NCBI GenBank assembly: GCA_028876375.1
Contig: JAGWSB010000004.1
Span: forward strand, 1 to 53,911
Direction: 5' to 3'
Source: Chloroflexota bacterium
GTDB lineage: Bacteria > Chloroflexota > Limnocylindria > P2-11E
Length of the DNA: 53,911 nucleotides
Position numbers and translations under genes: made by a program. Below the pieces are notes generated by a model. That model was not told the origin of the DNA, did no database searches, and was given only the letters and a program-made list of their open reading frames with translations. Every line of letters begins with the position of its first letter. The first letter of the stretch is position 1. Positions 21,061 to 29,627 of this stretch are shown here, one piece after another.

Positions 21061-22047
21061 GTGCGCGCGATGGTCCTCGGTAGGGCCGGGACCCCGCTGG
21101 CGCCCCGCGAGCTCGCGGAGCCGCGCCCTGGCCCGGGCGAGATCCTCATCGCGGTGAGCGCCTGCGGCGTGTGCCGCACCGACCTGCATATCCGCGACGG
21201 CGAGCTGCCGCGCCCGTCGCTGCCGCTCGTGCCGGGGCACCAGGTCGTCGGTCGCGTCGTCGCCCGCGGCGACGAGGCGCGGCGCTTCGCGCCGGGCGTG
21301 CGCGTCGGCGTGCCGTGGCTGGGCGGGACCGACGGCAGCTGCGCGTACTGCCGGGGCGGACGGGAGAATCTCTGCCCCGGCGCCGTCTTCACCGGCTACA
21401 CGCGCGACGGTGGCTTCGCCGAGCTGTGCACCGCGAACGAGCGCTTCTGCTTCCCGCTCCCCGACGCGCTCGACGACGCGCACTCGGCGCCGCTCCTGTG
21501 CGCCGGCCTCATCGGCTACCGCGCGCTGCGGCTCGCCGGCGACGCGCCGCGCCTCGGCCTCTACGGCTACGGCTCCTCGGCGCACCTCGTCGCGCAGGTC
21601 GCGCGCGACCAGCCGCGCCGCATCTTCGCGTTCACCCGTCCGGGCGACGACGCCGGACAGCGCTTCGCCCGCGACACCGGATGCGACTGGGCCGGCGGAT
21701 CGGACGAGCGGCCGCCCGAGCCGCTCGACGCGGCCATCGTGTTCGCGCCTGTCGGCGCGCTCGTGCCGGCCGCGCTCCGCGCGCTCGCGCCGGGCGGCGT
21801 CGTCGTGTGCGCGGGGATCCGCATGAGCGACATCCCGTCGTTCCCCTACGAGCTGCTCTGGGAGGAGCGTCACATCCGATCGGTCGCGAACCTCACCCGC
21901 CGCGATGGCGAGGAGTTCCTCCCGCTCGCGGCGCGCCTCGGCCTGCGGCCGACCGTCGAGGTGTTCCCGCTCGCCGACGCGGAGGCCGCTCTCGCGGCGC
22001 TCCGCGCCGGCCGCATCACCGGATCGGCGGTGCTCCGCGTCAGCTGA
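21061..22047 (+). CDS. Zinc-dependent alcohol dehydrogenase family protein
   Basis: CGVCRTDLH, PGHQVVG, CAYC..GRENLC, APLLCAGLIGYRAL. Confidence 0.92.
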   Translation: MRAMVLGRAGTPLAPRELAEPRPGPGEILIAVSACGVCRTDLHIRDGELPRPSLPLVPGHQVVGRVVARGDEARRFAPGVRVGVPWLGGTDGSCAYCRGGRENLCPGAVFTGYTRDGGFAELCTANERFCFPLPDALDDAHSAPLLCAGLIGYRALRLAGDAPRLGLYGYGSSAHLVAQVARDQPRRIFAFTRPGDDAGQRFARDTGCDWAGGSDERPPEPLDAAIVFAPVGALVPAALRALAPGGVVVCAGIRMSDIPSFPYELLWEERHIRSVANLTRRDGEEFLPLAARLGLRPTVEVFPLADAEAALAALRAGRITGSAVLRVS

Positions 22048-22729
22048 TGCTGAGCATCGGGCCGGGCCGCACGCGCGGCGTCGCCACCCGCGCGCCGCGC
22101 GCCATGCGGAGCAGGTAGAAGAGCCAGATCGGGGTCGTCACGATCCCGCCCGTGAGCGCGTCCGCGATGCCGGGCACGAATACGTCGTCCGTATGCGGGA
22201 TCAGCCAGATGGACAGCGCTTGGTACACGCCGACGGGGAGAAGAACGATGGCCGAGAGCCCGAACACGAACGTGCCGAGCACGACGTAGGCGCGGTGGAG
22301 GGCCGACGTGTCGTCGTCGCCGCCGACCGCGCGCCGCCCGAGCTTGTGGCCGACGTAGAACAGCAGCCCGAACAGGCCCGTCGTCAGGCCGCCGATGAGG
22401 TCACCGGAGAGCCGCTGCTCGCTTTGATGCTGGTACTGCAGCGCCAGCTGTGCCGGCTCGGGGCACTGTCCCGGCGGGCAGGGTGTCACCAGCGGGGGAC
22501 GGCCGTAGGCCGTCTCGAGGCCGAAGGCGTTCCCCATGCCCCACGCCAGGAGCAGCGAGACGCCGACGGTGACCGTGATCACGCCGGCCAGAGAGGCGAG
22601 GTAGAGGTACAGGCGCAGCAGGCTCTGACCGGACAGGTCGACGCCCACCAGGTCGCGCCGGAAGATGAGCAGGAGCGCGAGGATGACCGTGCAGGTCACG
22701 CCGACCGCGACGAGGATGCCGATCGTCAT
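22040..22729 (-). CDS. Hypothetical membrane protein (several TM helices)
   Basis: Several hydrophobic segments, SD GGAGG, ATGA overlap with the upstream USP. Confidence 0.75.
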   Translation of the reverse strand: MTIGILVAVGVTCTVILALLLIFRRDLVGVDLSGQSLLRLYLYLASLAGVITVTVGVSLLLAWGMGNAFGLETAYGRPPLVTPCPPGQCPEPAQLALQYQHQSEQRLSGDLIGGLTTGLFGLLFYVGHKLGRRAVGGDDDTSALHRAYVVLGTFVFGLSAIVLLPVGVYQALSIWLIPHTDDVFVPGIADALTGGIVTTPIWLFYLLRMARGARVATPRVRPGPMLSIS

Positions 22730-23625
22730 GTGGACCACCTCCTGGAGGCTGTTCCCCGGACGACGAGGACCGAAGTGGGTGCGTGGGTGAGCACGCCGCG
22801 CGCGACGCTTCCGAGCGCGAGGCGGGCGAGGCCGGTGCGGCCGCGCGTGCCGACGACGATGAGGTCGGCGCCGGCGAGCCGCGCGCCGTCGATGATCGAG
22901 CTCACCGGCCCGCCGTCCATCGTGAGCGGCGTCGCCGAGAGCCCGCGCGCGGATAGGCGACGCGCGGCCTCTCGCGCGACTCGCTCGTGCGCCGCGCGCA
23001 TCTCGTCGATCATCTCCTGGTACGCGTCGGCGTCGACGGCACCCGTGCCGAACGGGTCGAGCATCGACGCGACCGTCGCGAGGTTGGCGACGCTCACCAC
23101 CGTCACGGCCGGCGCCGCCAGGAACGGCCACGTCGCGATGACCTCCTCGGCTTCGCGCGCGCAGTCGGATCCGTCCACGGCGAGGACCACGCCGCGGAGC
23201 GTGCTCGTCCGCGCGACCAGGACCGGGCACGGCGCGTGGTCGACGACCTCGGCCGAGACCGATCCGAGCAGCGCGGTGGCGATGGGACCGCGCCCGCGGC
23301 TGCCGACGACGATGACGTCGGCTTCCGTGCGGCACGCCTCTTCGACGATCGCGCTCGCGGGCCGGCCGAAGAGCAGCGTCGTCGCGATCTCGCGGCCGGG
23401 AGCGCGCAGCGCCTGCTGCGCGTCGGAGAGCTCGAGGTCGATGCCCTCGCGGATCCGCTCGTAGAGCGTCTCGTAGCGCGAGGCGTGCTCGTCGAGCATG
23501 CCGTCGATCGTCGGCGCGACGGCGAGGACCTGGATGCGGCTGGGCACGGGCCAGGCGATGGATGCGATGAGGGACTGCGCGCGAAGGGCGTCCGGCGACG
23601 CGTCGGTCGCGAAGAGGACCTTCAT
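22726..23625 (-). CDS. Tandem-domain universal stress protein
   Basis: KVLFATD, VVGSRGRG, LLGSVS, APCPVLV, GSVARGVLTHAP. Confidence 0.92.
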   Translation of the reverse strand: MKVLFATDASPDALRAQSLIASIAWPVPSRIQVLAVAPTIDGMLDEHASRYETLYERIREGIDLELSDAQQALRAPGREIATTLLFGRPASAIVEEACRTEADVIVVGSRGRGPIATALLGSVSAEVVDHAPCPVLVARTSTLRGVVLAVDGSDCAREAEEVIATWPFLAAPAVTVVSVANLATVASMLDPFGTGAVDADAYQEMIDEMRAAHERVAREAARRLSARGLSATPLTMDGGPVSSIIDGARLAGADLIVVGTRGRTGLARLALGSVARGVLTHAPTSVLVVRGTASRRWST

Positions 23626-23661
23626 GCCGCGGATGCTCGCCCCGGGCGCCTCGCGCTCCGA

Positions 23662-23737
23662 GGGGCATTCGGCTCATGGCCCGATGGGATCGGCGACACC
23701 GTTCGGGGGGTCGACCGACGGTACCGCCGAACGGCCC
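23662..23737. promoter_or_regulatory. DosR-box-like sites in a divergent promoter
   Basis: ggggcattcggctc (23662-23675) and ccgccgaacggccc (23724-23737). Confidence 0.5.
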
Positions 23738-23772
23738 TAGGTGCGGTCGCGGCGCGCTCGCACCATCGGAGC

Positions 23773-24453
23773 GTGACCCTCATCGCGCGCTCGGCCCTTC
23801 GTCGCGGCCCTCGCCCCGCTCGTGCGCGTCCCGCGCTCCCCATGCCCCGCGAGCTGCTCGACGCGACGAGCGAGGCCGACATCGTCAGCATCCCCGCGCG
23901 CTCGGTGATCGCGATCGACGGCGAAGGCGAGCCCGGGAGCGAGCGGTTCCAGCGGGCGCTGCGCGCGGCGTACGGCATCGCGGTCACGCTCAAGCTCGCG
24001 CGCAAGCGCGAGCGGCGCGACGACTTCGCGATCGGCCCGCTCGAGGGACGCTGGTGGTCGGATCAGATCCTCCCGTGCTCGCTCGCGCCGCGCCACGCCT
24101 GGCGCTGGACGCTCCGCATGGCCGTCCCGCGCGACGTCACCAAGAGGGACCTCTCCCGCGCGGTCGCGGCGGTGACGGCGAAGCGCGGAGGAGCGCTCGA
24201 GAAGAGCGAGGACGCGCGGCGCGTGCGCCTCGATCGCCTTCCGCGGCAGCGCGTCGGCCGCATCCTGCACGTCGGCCCGTACGCGACGGAGAGCGCGAGC
24301 CTGGCGAAGGTGCGTGACGAGATCGAGCGCCACGGACTGTCGTGCGCCGACCGTCACGCGGAGGTCTATCTCGGCGACCCGCGTCGCGCTCGGCCGGACC
24401 GCCTGCGTACCGTTCTTCTCCGCGAGCTCGCGGAGGAAGGCCCTCCGTCCTAG
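23773..24453 (+). CDS. GyrI-like small-molecule-binding domain protein
   Basis: IDGEGEP, PLEGRWW, ILHVGPY, HAEVYLGDPRR..P.RLRTVL; GTG follows CACCAT. Confidence 0.8.
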   Translation: MTLIARSALRRGPRPARARPALPMPRELLDATSEADIVSIPARSVIAIDGEGEPGSERFQRALRAAYGIAVTLKLARKRERRDDFAIGPLEGRWWSDQILPCSLAPRHAWRWTLRMAVPRDVTKRDLSRAVAAVTAKRGGALEKSEDARRVRLDRLPRQRVGRILHVGPYATESASLAKVRDEIERHGLSCADRHAEVYLGDPRRARPDRLRTVLLRELAEEGPPS

Positions 24454-24479
24454 CGACCGGATCCGGGGAGGCGATCCTC

Positions 24480-24719
24480 ATGGGCATCGACGTCAAGATC
24501 CACTTCGTCTGCGTGCGCGGGTCCCATCACCGCCATGCGAGCGTAGCGGTGGGCTTGTGCGAGCACCTCGGCTGCCCCGCGTTCTGCCCCGCCGGCGACG
24601 TCGGCGAGCACGACTGGGTGGTGACGTCGACCGACCTCGCGACGCTCGCGCGACTCGGCTACGTCGTGAGCCGTGATCCGGCGGAGCGCGACGAGGGGCA
24701 GGTCCTGATCAAGGTGTGA
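24480..24719 (+). CDS. Small hypothetical protein with C-x4-H...C...H motif
   Basis: SD GGGGAGG, paralogous to 18384..18665. Confidence 0.7.
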   Translation: MGIDVKIHFVCVRGSHHRHASVAVGLCEHLGCPAFCPAGDVGEHDWVVTSTDLATLARLGYVVSRDPAERDEGQVLIKV

Positions 24720-24792
24720 CGTCGCGACGCCGCTGGGGCGTCGCCGCGATGGGGAGCGCGAGCGCGCGACCCACCGAAGGGGCCTCCCTTCG

Positions 24793-25272
24793 CTACACCG
24801 GCATGGGTGCGACGCCGAGGTCGGCGAGGCGCGGCTTCTCGATCCGCGCGAAGTCCTCGTAGCGCATGCTCATCGTCGTCGTGTGCGTCCCCAGGCGGAA
24901 CGAGATCAGCTCGTTCTTCGCGAGCGTGTCGTCCATCACGGCGGAGAGCCCGTACAGATGCCCGAACGGCGGCATCGCGCCCGCGTCGCAATCCGCGAAG
25001 CGCCCCGCGAACTCGTCTTCGCTCGCGAGCCGGACGTGCTTCGCCTGGATGACGGCGCGCAGCCTTTCGAAGCTGAGCTTCTCCGACGCCGGCAGGACGA
25101 CCATGCGCATCTCGCCGTCGGCGACGACCATGACCACCTTCGCGAAGGCGCGCCCCTTCACGTGCTCGGTCCCCGCGACCTCCTGGGCCGTGAACGCGAG
25201 CGGGTGCTCGCGCACCTCGAACTCGACGTTGCTCTCGCGTAGATAGGCCTCGATCCGCTCCCTGCACTTCAC
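24793..25272 (-). CDS. YbaK/ProX family aminoacyl-tRNA deacylase
   Basis: FAKVVMV, F.DC..GAMPPFGHLYG, GTH; GTG at 25272 with SD GGAGG. Confidence 0.88.
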   Translation of the reverse strand: MKCRERIEAYLRESNVEFEVREHPLAFTAQEVAGTEHVKGRAFAKVVMVVADGEMRMVVLPASEKLSFERLRAVIQAKHVRLASEDEFAGRFADCDAGAMPPFGHLYGLSAVMDDTLAKNELISFRLGTHTTTMSMRYEDFARIEKPRLADLGVAPMPV

Positions 25273-25393
25273 GTCCGGCACCTCCGCGTATCGCATCCGG
25301 AGGCCGACGCTAGGAGGCGCGGAAGCGCGCCGTCACGGCTGTACGGACGATCGTGGGGGCGTCCTTGCGCACGTGGCGTGAGGCCGTACGCGA

Positions 25394-25577
25394 TCGGGGC
25401 ATGCAAAGCCCCGAGCGATCCGCGTCCGCTTCGGGATGGTGTCTGGACCTTCCCATCCCGTTCGGTGGGACCGACCCTTCGTGCCGCCACGTCGGGTCGT
25501 TCTTGATGCCGTCCCCAAGGCCGATCGCTTTGATGGGATCTCCGTTCGATCGGTCTCTCTGCGGATCCCTCGGGAGC
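25394..25577 (-). ncRNA. Candidate structured ncRNA (end-paired rod, 6S-like)
   Basis: -10 TACGGT 6 nt upstream; 5' GCTCCCGAGGGATCCGC pairs with 3' GCGGATCGCTCGGGGC (15 bp); inner stems TCCCATC/GATGGGA, GGGAC/GTCCC, CGACCC/GGGTCG; no credible ORF. Confidence 0.55.
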
Positions 25578-25620
25578 AGCGTCACCGTATCCGCGCCTCG
25601 CCTGCCACGACAGGTCGGAG

Positions 25621-25648
25621 GGGACCTTTCCCGCGCGACCAACGTCCC
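25621..25648. promoter_or_regulatory. Tandem DosR-box-like sites upstream of the ncRNA candidate
   Basis: gggacctttcccgc and gcgaccaacgtccc. Confidence 0.55.
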
Positions 25649-25849
25649 GCGTCGTCGGTGCGGAGCGATCGGGCCAGCCGCAGAACGTCGCCCTGACGTG
25701 CGACGGACGGTCGCCGATCACGTGTCCGGCGGGCCTAGGACGGGCATGGGCGGCGGCACAGGCTCGTCCTCGATCGCCGGCGGGGAGACCACGAAGGTCA
25801 CGGGGGAGCCGAGCGCTCGCCGTGCCGCCCGCGGCTCGGAGGTGACGAG

Positions 25850-26743
25850 GTGAAGGTGCTGCTCGCGACGGATGGGATGCCGTGCTCCCGGCCGGCCGAG
25901 GACCTCGTCGCGACCATCCTCTGGCCGCGCGGCAGCGCGATCGACGTCATGACGGCCGTGCGTCCCCTCGAGACCCCCGGCGCGATCGCGCCCGCGATGC
26001 GCGGCGCGATGCTGCGCACGTCGAAGCTGCCGGCGGAGGAGCACCTGCGGAAGCTGGCGGAGCGCATCGCGGCGCCCGGGCGTGTCGTGCGCACGGTCGC
26101 CGCGATCGGGCGGCCGGCGACCGCCATCGTCGAGGAGGCCGACCGCCTGCGGTGCGACCTTCTCGTCATGGGCAGCCGCGGACGCGGCACGTTCGCGTCG
26201 TCGCTCCTCGGATCGGTCGCCGCCGAGGTCGCGTTCCACGCCCCGTGTCCGGTGCTCGTCGCGCGCACCGCCCGCTGGGGGCGTGTCCTGTTCGCCGAGG
26301 ACGGATCGGCCGAGGCCAGCGGGGCCGCCGCGCTCCTCGCGACGTGGCCCATCTTCCAGGGACTGACGACGCGCGTCGTCAGCGTGGCGCCCATCGACGG
26401 CGGCCTGTCGGTCCCCGTCCCGGCGGGACCGGTCCGTCACGCGAACGCGAGCGAGCCGTTCGCGACCGCCGTCGACGCGGTGCGGACGGCATGGGCGGAT
26501 CTCGCGCGCGACCGTGCGCTCGAGCTCGAGCGGAGCGGGCTGCACGCGCGCGAGGACCCGCAGGTCGGCGACCCCGCCCGCGAGATCGTGAACGCGGCGG
26601 TGCGCTCGGAGACCGACGTCATCGTCATGGGCTCGCGCGGCAGGACCGGCCTCGAGCGGCTGCTCCTCGGGAGCGTCGCGCGGAACGTCCTCACCCACGC
26701 GCCGTGCTCGGTGCTCGTCGTGCGCCACGGGGTGGTGAGCTGA
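25850..26743 (+). CDS. Tandem-domain universal stress protein
   Basis: KVLLATDG, MGSRGRG, LLGSVA, APCPVLV, GSVARNVLTHAPCSVLVVR. Confidence 0.92.
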   Translation: MKVLLATDGMPCSRPAEDLVATILWPRGSAIDVMTAVRPLETPGAIAPAMRGAMLRTSKLPAEEHLRKLAERIAAPGRVVRTVAAIGRPATAIVEEADRLRCDLLVMGSRGRGTFASSLLGSVAAEVAFHAPCPVLVARTARWGRVLFAEDGSAEASGAAALLATWPIFQGLTTRVVSVAPIDGGLSVPVPAGPVRHANASEPFATAVDAVRTAWADLARDRALELERSGLHAREDPQVGDPAREIVNAAVRSETDVIVMGSRGRTGLERLLLGSVARNVLTHAPCSVLVVRHGVVS

Positions 26744-27201
26744 TGGGCACGTCGACGACGACGCGCCCCGCCGCCGCACGCGCTCGGGGCGGATGCCTCA
26801 GCGACGAGCTCTGCGCCGAGCACAAGGAGCTCGCGCGTCAGCTCGAGCTCTTCGACGCGGTCGCCGAGAAGACGGAGGCGGCGTCGACGACCGTGCTGCG
26901 ACGGGAGGTCGACCGCGCGTACGTCCTCCTCTCCGAGCGGCTCCTGCCGCATGCTCGGGCCGAGCACGAGCTCCGCACGCGGCTGGCGTCGCGCGACCAC
27001 CGTCACATCCGCGAGGCGGAGGACCGGCGCGAGGTCGAGCGCCTCACGGCACGGCTCGCGGAGCGTCGCGCGGCGCTCGCGCGGATCGGCGACGCGGCCA
27101 CCCGGCGCGAGATCCGGCACCTCCTCTACGAGATCCACGCGCTCACGCGCCTCCACTTCGCCGACGAGCTCCTCTCTCATCGGGACGACGAGGGCCGCTG
27201 A
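26743..27201 (+). CDS. Hemerythrin-like (HHE) domain protein, degenerate
   Basis: EHKEL, LPHARAEH and LHFADE motifs in a helical protein; TGATG coupling. Confidence 0.7.
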   Translation: MGTSTTTRPAAARARGGCLSDELCAEHKELARQLELFDAVAEKTEAASTTVLRREVDRAYVLLSERLLPHARAEHELRTRLASRDHRHIREAEDRREVERLTARLAERRAALARIGDAATRREIRHLLYEIHALTRLHFADELLSHRDDEGR

Positions 27202-27202
27202 C

Positions 27203-28366
27203 CTGGACGTCGCGTTCGTCGGCAGCTACGTGCCGCGGCGCTGCGGCATCGCCACGTTCACCGCCGACACGGTCGCCGCGGTACGCGCGGCGGACGCGTC
27301 GGCGCGGTGCTCCGTCATCGCCATCGACGAGCCGGGCGCGCGCCGCCCGTACGGCGAGGCGGTCGTCGGTCGCATCGTCCAGGGCGAAGCGGCCTCGTAC
27401 CGCGCCGCCGCCGCGGCGATCAACGCGTCGGGCGTCGACGTCGTCAACGTCCAGCACGAGTTCGGGCTGTACGGCGTCCACCGCGGCGGCGTCTTCGTGG
27501 ACCACCTCGTCGCGTTCCTGCGAGAGCTGCGCCGCCCGGTCGTCACGACGCTCCACACGGTCCTCACGCACCCGGAGGATCGGATGCGGGACAGCGTCCG
27601 CGAGATCGTCGCGCTCAGCACCGAGACCGTCGTCATGGTCGGGACGGCGGCGGACCTCCTGCGCGACACGTACGGGATCACCGGGCGCGTCCATGTGATC
27701 CCCCACGGGACGCCCGCGGTGGGCAGCTTCGGCCGGCCGCGGTCGAAAGAGGAGCTCGGCCTGGGCGGACGCACCGTCCTCTGCACGTTCGGCCTGGTCG
27801 ATCGCCGCAAGGGCCTCGAGTACGCGATAGCGGCGCTGCCGCGCGTCGTCGCGCGGCACCCCGACGCGCTGTACCTCGTCGTCGGGCAGACCCACCCCGA
27901 CGTCGTCCGCCGCGAGGGCGAGTGGTACCGCGAGCGCCTGCGCGAGCTCATGAGCCGCCTCGAGCTCTCCGAACACGTGCGCTTCGTCGACCGCTACCTG
28001 ACGCAGCGCGAGATCGTCGACCACCTCGCCGCGACGGACGTTTACGTGACGCCGTACCTCGACCCCGACCAGATCACGAGCGGGACGCTCGCGTACGCCA
28101 TGGGCGCGGGGAAGGCGATCGTGTCGACGCCGTACCTGCACGCGCGCGAGGCGCTCGCCGACGGCCGCGGCTTGCTCGTGCCGTTCCGCAGCGCGGAGGC
28201 CATCGGCGACGCGGTCAATGCGCTCCTCGCCGATGACGATTGGCGCGAGAGCGTCGGGCGCGGGGTCGCGGCGTACAGCGCCGGCACGGCATGGCCCATC
28301 GTCGGCGCGCTCGTTCTCGACCTTCTGCGCTCCGTCGCGGCGTCGTCGGCGCTGACCCCGGCGTGA
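27203..28366 (+). CDS. Glycosyltransferase family 4; probable CTG start
   Basis: LDVAFVGSYVPRRCGIATFT, VQHEFGLYG, GQTHP, QITSGTLAYA. Confidence 0.88.
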   Translation: MDVAFVGSYVPRRCGIATFTADTVAAVRAADASARCSVIAIDEPGARRPYGEAVVGRIVQGEAASYRAAAAAINASGVDVVNVQHEFGLYGVHRGGVFVDHLVAFLRELRRPVVTTLHTVLTHPEDRMRDSVREIVALSTETVVMVGTAADLLRDTYGITGRVHVIPHGTPAVGSFGRPRSKEELGLGGRTVLCTFGLVDRRKGLEYAIAALPRVVARHPDALYLVVGQTHPDVVRREGEWYRERLRELMSRLELSEHVRFVDRYLTQREIVDHLAATDVYVTPYLDPDQITSGTLAYAMGAGKAIVSTPYLHAREALADGRGLLVPFRSAEAIGDAVNALLADDDWRESVGRGVAAYSAGTAWPIVGALVLDLLRSVAASSALTPA

Positions 28367-29562
28367 AGCTCGCGGCGCGCGTCGGGCGAGGGCCGCTCAT
28401 CCGGCCCGCCGACGTCCTGCCCTCGCTCCCCGAGCTGGAGGTCGTCTCCGTGTTCAATCCCGCCGCGGCGCGCGTCGGCGACGAGATCGTCCTCCTCCTC
28501 CGCGTCAGCGAGCGACCGCGGTCCGACGTGGCGCCGCCCGCGGGCGCCGTCACGCTCGAGCTGGGCGGGCCGCGCCTCGTCGCGCGGCCACTCCCGCCCG
28601 GTCTGCGCGCGGAAGACGTCGTCGGCATGACCTTCCTCGACGTCCAAGCGCGGCCGCCGCGCGTCGCGGTCGGCTACGTCCGGCGCGACACGCCCGGCCT
28701 CGACCTCAGCGATCGACGGACCATCCGCTTCAAGGGCGGCGTGTCGCTCACCGGCAGCGAGGACTACCTCTCGCAGATGTCGCACCTCCGCGTCGCGCGC
28801 AGCCGGGACGGCGTCCACTTCTCCGTCGACCGCGGTCCCGCGCTCACGCCGTCGTACCTGCTCGAGGAGTACGGCATCGAGGACCCGCGCGCCGCGCGGA
28901 TCGACGGCGCGTGGCACGTCACCTACGTCTCGGTGAGCCGGCTCGGCATCACGACGAGCCTCGCGACGACGCGCGACTTCGTGGCCTTCGAGCGCCGCGG
29001 CGTCGTCCTCCACCCCGACCAGAAGGACGTCGTGCTGTTCCCCGAGCGCTTCGGCGGCCGCTACGCCGCTCTCACGCGGCCGATGCCGCAGTCGTTCGCG
29101 CGCGTCTTCGGCATCTGGATCGCGTTCTCGACCGACCTCGTCTCGTGGGGCGACCACCGCCCGCTCGCGCTTCCGCGCCCCGGGTGCTGGGACTCGGCCC
29201 GCACCGGCGCGGGCAGCGTTCCTTTCCGCACGCCGCGCGGGTGGCTCGAGCTGTACCACGGCGTCGACCACGATTCGCGCTATGCGATGGGCGCGCTCCT
29301 TCTCGACGGCGCGGACCCGCGCCGGGTCATCGCGCGGTCGCCGGAGCCGATCCTCGTCCCGCAGGAGCCTTTCGAGCGCGAGGGCGTGAACGCGGACACG
29401 ATCTTCGCCTGCGGGCACGTTCCGCTCGACGACCACGGCGGGAAGGTGCGCGTGTACTACGGCGCGGCCGATTCGGTCGTCGGCGCCGCCGACGTCGACG
29501 TCACCGCGGTCCTGGCGCACCTCGAGCCGGTCCCCGACGCCGAGCAGCTCGCGCTGTGCTAG
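28363..29562 (+). CDS. GH130-family glycoside hydrolase/phosphorylase
   Basis: VFNPAA, YGIEDPR, KDVVLFPE, LYHGV, YYGAAD. Confidence 0.88.
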   Translation: MKLAARVGRGPLIRPADVLPSLPELEVVSVFNPAAARVGDEIVLLLRVSERPRSDVAPPAGAVTLELGGPRLVARPLPPGLRAEDVVGMTFLDVQARPPRVAVGYVRRDTPGLDLSDRRTIRFKGGVSLTGSEDYLSQMSHLRVARSRDGVHFSVDRGPALTPSYLLEEYGIEDPRAARIDGAWHVTYVSVSRLGITTSLATTRDFVAFERRGVVLHPDQKDVVLFPERFGGRYAALTRPMPQSFARVFGIWIAFSTDLVSWGDHRPLALPRPGCWDSARTGAGSVPFRTPRGWLELYHGVDHDSRYAMGALLLDGADPRRVIARSPEPILVPQEPFEREGVNADTIFACGHVPLDDHGGKVRVYYGAADSVVGAADVDVTAVLAHLEPVPDAEQLALC

Positions 29563-29627
29563 CCGCCGTGCTGCGCCAGCTCGCGCGCTCGTCCCCTACT
29601 GCATCGCGCGGCGTGGCGGCGGAGCCG

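Noticed and set aside
25394-25577. Known riboswitch, T-box, RNase P or tmRNA identity for the structured element
   Set aside because: Hallmark sequences (T-box GGTGGNACC, RNase P GAGGAAAGTCC, tRNA-like ends, glycine/B12 cores) are not present
25269-25721. Tracked ORFs of 61-166 aa across the ybaK-usp intergenic region
   Set aside because: No motifs or RBS and atypical composition; RNA structure and promoter elements explain the region better
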